A stretch of 64,000 bases of DNA from Styela clava (Eukaryota). Both the position numbers and the translations under genes were made by a program. Positions 62,039 to 64,000 of the stretch are shown here, one piece after another (the stretch's first letter is position 1; the number at the start of each line of letters is the position of its first letter). The notes beneath the pieces were generated by a model, which saw only the letters and a program-made list of their open reading frames with translations, had not been told where the DNA came from and did not search any database. The stretch lies in the NCBI RefSeq assembly GCF_964204865.1, contig NC_135262.1, forward strand, positions 12,214,001-12,278,000, given 5' to 3'.

Positions 62039-64000
62039 ATATATGCGTACATATTTTGCCCAGAAGTCGGTTAGCGGCATGGCTTCAAAGTCGTCTTTTG
62101 CAGATGAATCAAATTTCATATCCAAATATTCTTCTTGCAAGTTGCTTGGAAGAATGTCTTCATCGACACGAAATGGATCTCTTGTAAGTTTCCATTCTGG
62201 AAGTTCTGTGTCATTCAAATCTGGAAAATAGCGTTCAAATTCTTCTTTTAAAAGACGTAGGTGGGACACAATATCGCTCTTGAAATCACCATCAAGCTTG
62301 ATTTGTTTTTCGTCAAGAGCAGTATCGAGATTGGGGAATGAGGCCGCGTTTCCTTGTTGAGCTCGGCGATACCATAATTCAAGCTTCGCTATGTAAGCAC
62401 GAATGAAACCGTAGTCAGTTATTCGATTAGTTTCTCTGCCTTGTAATAGTAGATTTAATTTATTCAGAGATTCAAAAATGTCCACAAGGTAGGCCATGAC
62501 CAGCACAAATTCATCTGATTTGAAATAAAGGAGAAGATCGTATTTTTCCTGAGCTTCCAGAAATAGCGTAAGCTCATTCCTCATCTCATACACACGTGCT
62601 AACATGTTTCCTTTCGATAGCCACCGAACATTTGTATGGAAAAGCAGATTCTCGTAATTACAATCCATATCTTTACAGAATTTGGCAAACATTCGTGTAT
62701 TGACGGCACTAGTTTTAATGTAGTTCACGGTTCGTATTATTATCGCAAGCTTATCTTTCATCGAAGTAGAGAGAGTCTTAGAAGCCAAAGCCTCTCGATG
62801 GATGACACAGTGCGATCCAATAACGTCGGAATTTTTTTGTTTTATTCTGGCAATAAATCCACTACGAGATCCTATCATAGCCGGCGCACCGTCAGTGCAG
62901 ACACCTACAAGTTTATCCCATTTCAATTCATTATTTTCAAAAAGTTCAGCAACAAGTTTGAATACATCTTCAGCTTTAGAGGTCGTCTCGAGAGGTTTGC
63001 AAAGGAGCATGTCTTCTTCAATTGAACTTGATCCTACAAAACGGACATATACCAACAACTGACACAAGTTAGCAATATCAGTAGTTTCGTCACATTGTAT
63101 GGCGAAAAATGGCGACAGCTTTATTTTTTCGATAACCTGAAGTTCAATGTCGTGTCCGTGTGCAATCTCATCAATTCTTGTTTTAATTGTAGAATCCGAA
63201 AGAGAAATCTTTGCAAGTTTCTTACTGCTCGCCTCTCCCAAAACAAGCAGCTTTTAAAATACTCGGTTTTATCAATGTCTCCCCTATACTGTGCGGATTT
63301 TTCTGCTTCGCAATCATATGAGCAATTTCAAAAGAAGCTTCTACTACATCTGCAGAAGGCGACTGACAAAATGAATTTATGCTACAAGTCCTCATTTTTT
63401 TAAATGAATCCTTTTTGCTTTGAAAAAAAGGTAAAGGTTTTTCCTGATGTGCAGGGTGCTTTGTTTTAAGATGTCGCTGTAAGCGAGTTGGCCTCATAGC
63501 GTCATTGCTGAGATTTTCAAAGCACAAAATGCATTGCGGTACAACCTCGCCCTTCACTGTGGTATATATGAAGCCATACCTAAGATAATCTTCATCATAC
63601 TTTCTCTTTTTCCCGCTCATTTTGCAATGCAACTAAATTTCAACTAAATCTACACTAAATTCAATAAATGATTACGTAAAAACTCACTCAATTGTTAAAC
63701 TACTTCATAACATCACTACTGAGCTATATTCAAAAGTCAATCTACTGTTTCTGACAATACACAAGGATTGCAGACTTCATGGCTTGCTCAACTTCTCAAA
63801 TATTCAAAGCCAATCTACCTGATGAGATTACAAACAATACAGTTTACAAAATGGAAAAGTGCAATTAAATATATGTACGTTTTCAGCCCAAAGAAAAGAT
63901 ATACATCAAATGGTCAAAACTGTCAATTTTATCCAAAACTAAATACCGTGTGCCGCTTACAGATACTTATGGCATAAGTTAGGTCATCACAGAGTTTGCG

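Larger units (their letters stand above)
59413..63632 (-). pseudogene. Disrupted hAT transposase (ZBED5/ZBED8/SCAND3-like Buster family)
   Basis: BED finger PQCILC...LQRHLKTKHP, catalytic motifs CDETTD and CTDGAPAM, HCVIHREAL, VRWLSKG, and C-terminal PFSSTYLCESGFS. There is one frameshift near 63245 and a 2415-bp insertion at 59624-62038. Removing the insertion plus one ATAT restores the frame WAKYVRIY|KRVGSVAIRTLLPF. Confidence 0.92.
59287..64000 (-). mobile_element. Buster/Charlie-type hAT DNA transposon in an OPLAH intron, interrupted by a Sola-like element; other end beyond the window
   Basis: Terminal cagtggttcttaaac at 59287, preceded by ctctaaat (nnnTAnnn target). Transposase pieces lie at 63632-63222, 63241-62039 and 59619-59413. 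Confidence 0.92.

Noticed and set aside
63145-63165. Apparent 6-nt insertion (AHGHDIE) in the hAT transposase as an excision footprint
   Set aside because: Cannot be told apart from a simple slippage duplication without the family consensus.
62012-63241. Domesticated ZBED5/ZBED8/SCAND3 host gene
   Set aside because: TIR present, frameshift near 63245 and a Sola insertion; the last residues of the ORF (RRIKTKQC) come from the Sola TIR.
62022-63403. + strand ORFs of 69-129 aa
   Set aside because: Antisense shadows of the hAT transposase.

Overview
AT-rich, intron-rich animal genomic DNA, most plausibly an ascidian (tunicate). This is inferred from the LDLa-only GPCR, the mosaic CpG pattern and the repeat types, and is not proven. 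On the + strand, three closely spaced genes lie in tandem: an intronless death-domain ORF (1315-1848), ATG101 (4068-4748) and COP9 signalosome subunit 1, GPS1/CSN1 (13 coding exons, 5982-17449, 480 aa). Each is entered through a splice acceptor just upstream of its ATG, so they are a candidate operon or shared-leader cluster. On the - strand lie a probable GT92-like glycosyltransferase pseudogene (about 19.6-20.7 kb) and a 19-20-exon class A GPCR (35733-23082). The GPCR has about 10 LDL-receptor class A repeats joined directly to an RXFP/LGR-type 7TM, with no leucine-rich repeats. Also on the - strand is 5-oxoprolinase OPLAH (29 exons in the window, 58892-40313), whose 5' exons lie beyond the window. 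An OPLAH intron holds a Buster-type hAT transposon that is itself split by a Sola1-like transposon with TIRs and an ATAT TSD. Introns carry many hAT MITEs with 8-bp nnnTAnnn TSDs, palindromic MITEs, tRNA-derived SINEs, Helentron-like elements and LINE remnants. Exon boundaries were read by hand from GT-AG signals and frame continuity. Repeat ends without a TSD are approximate.
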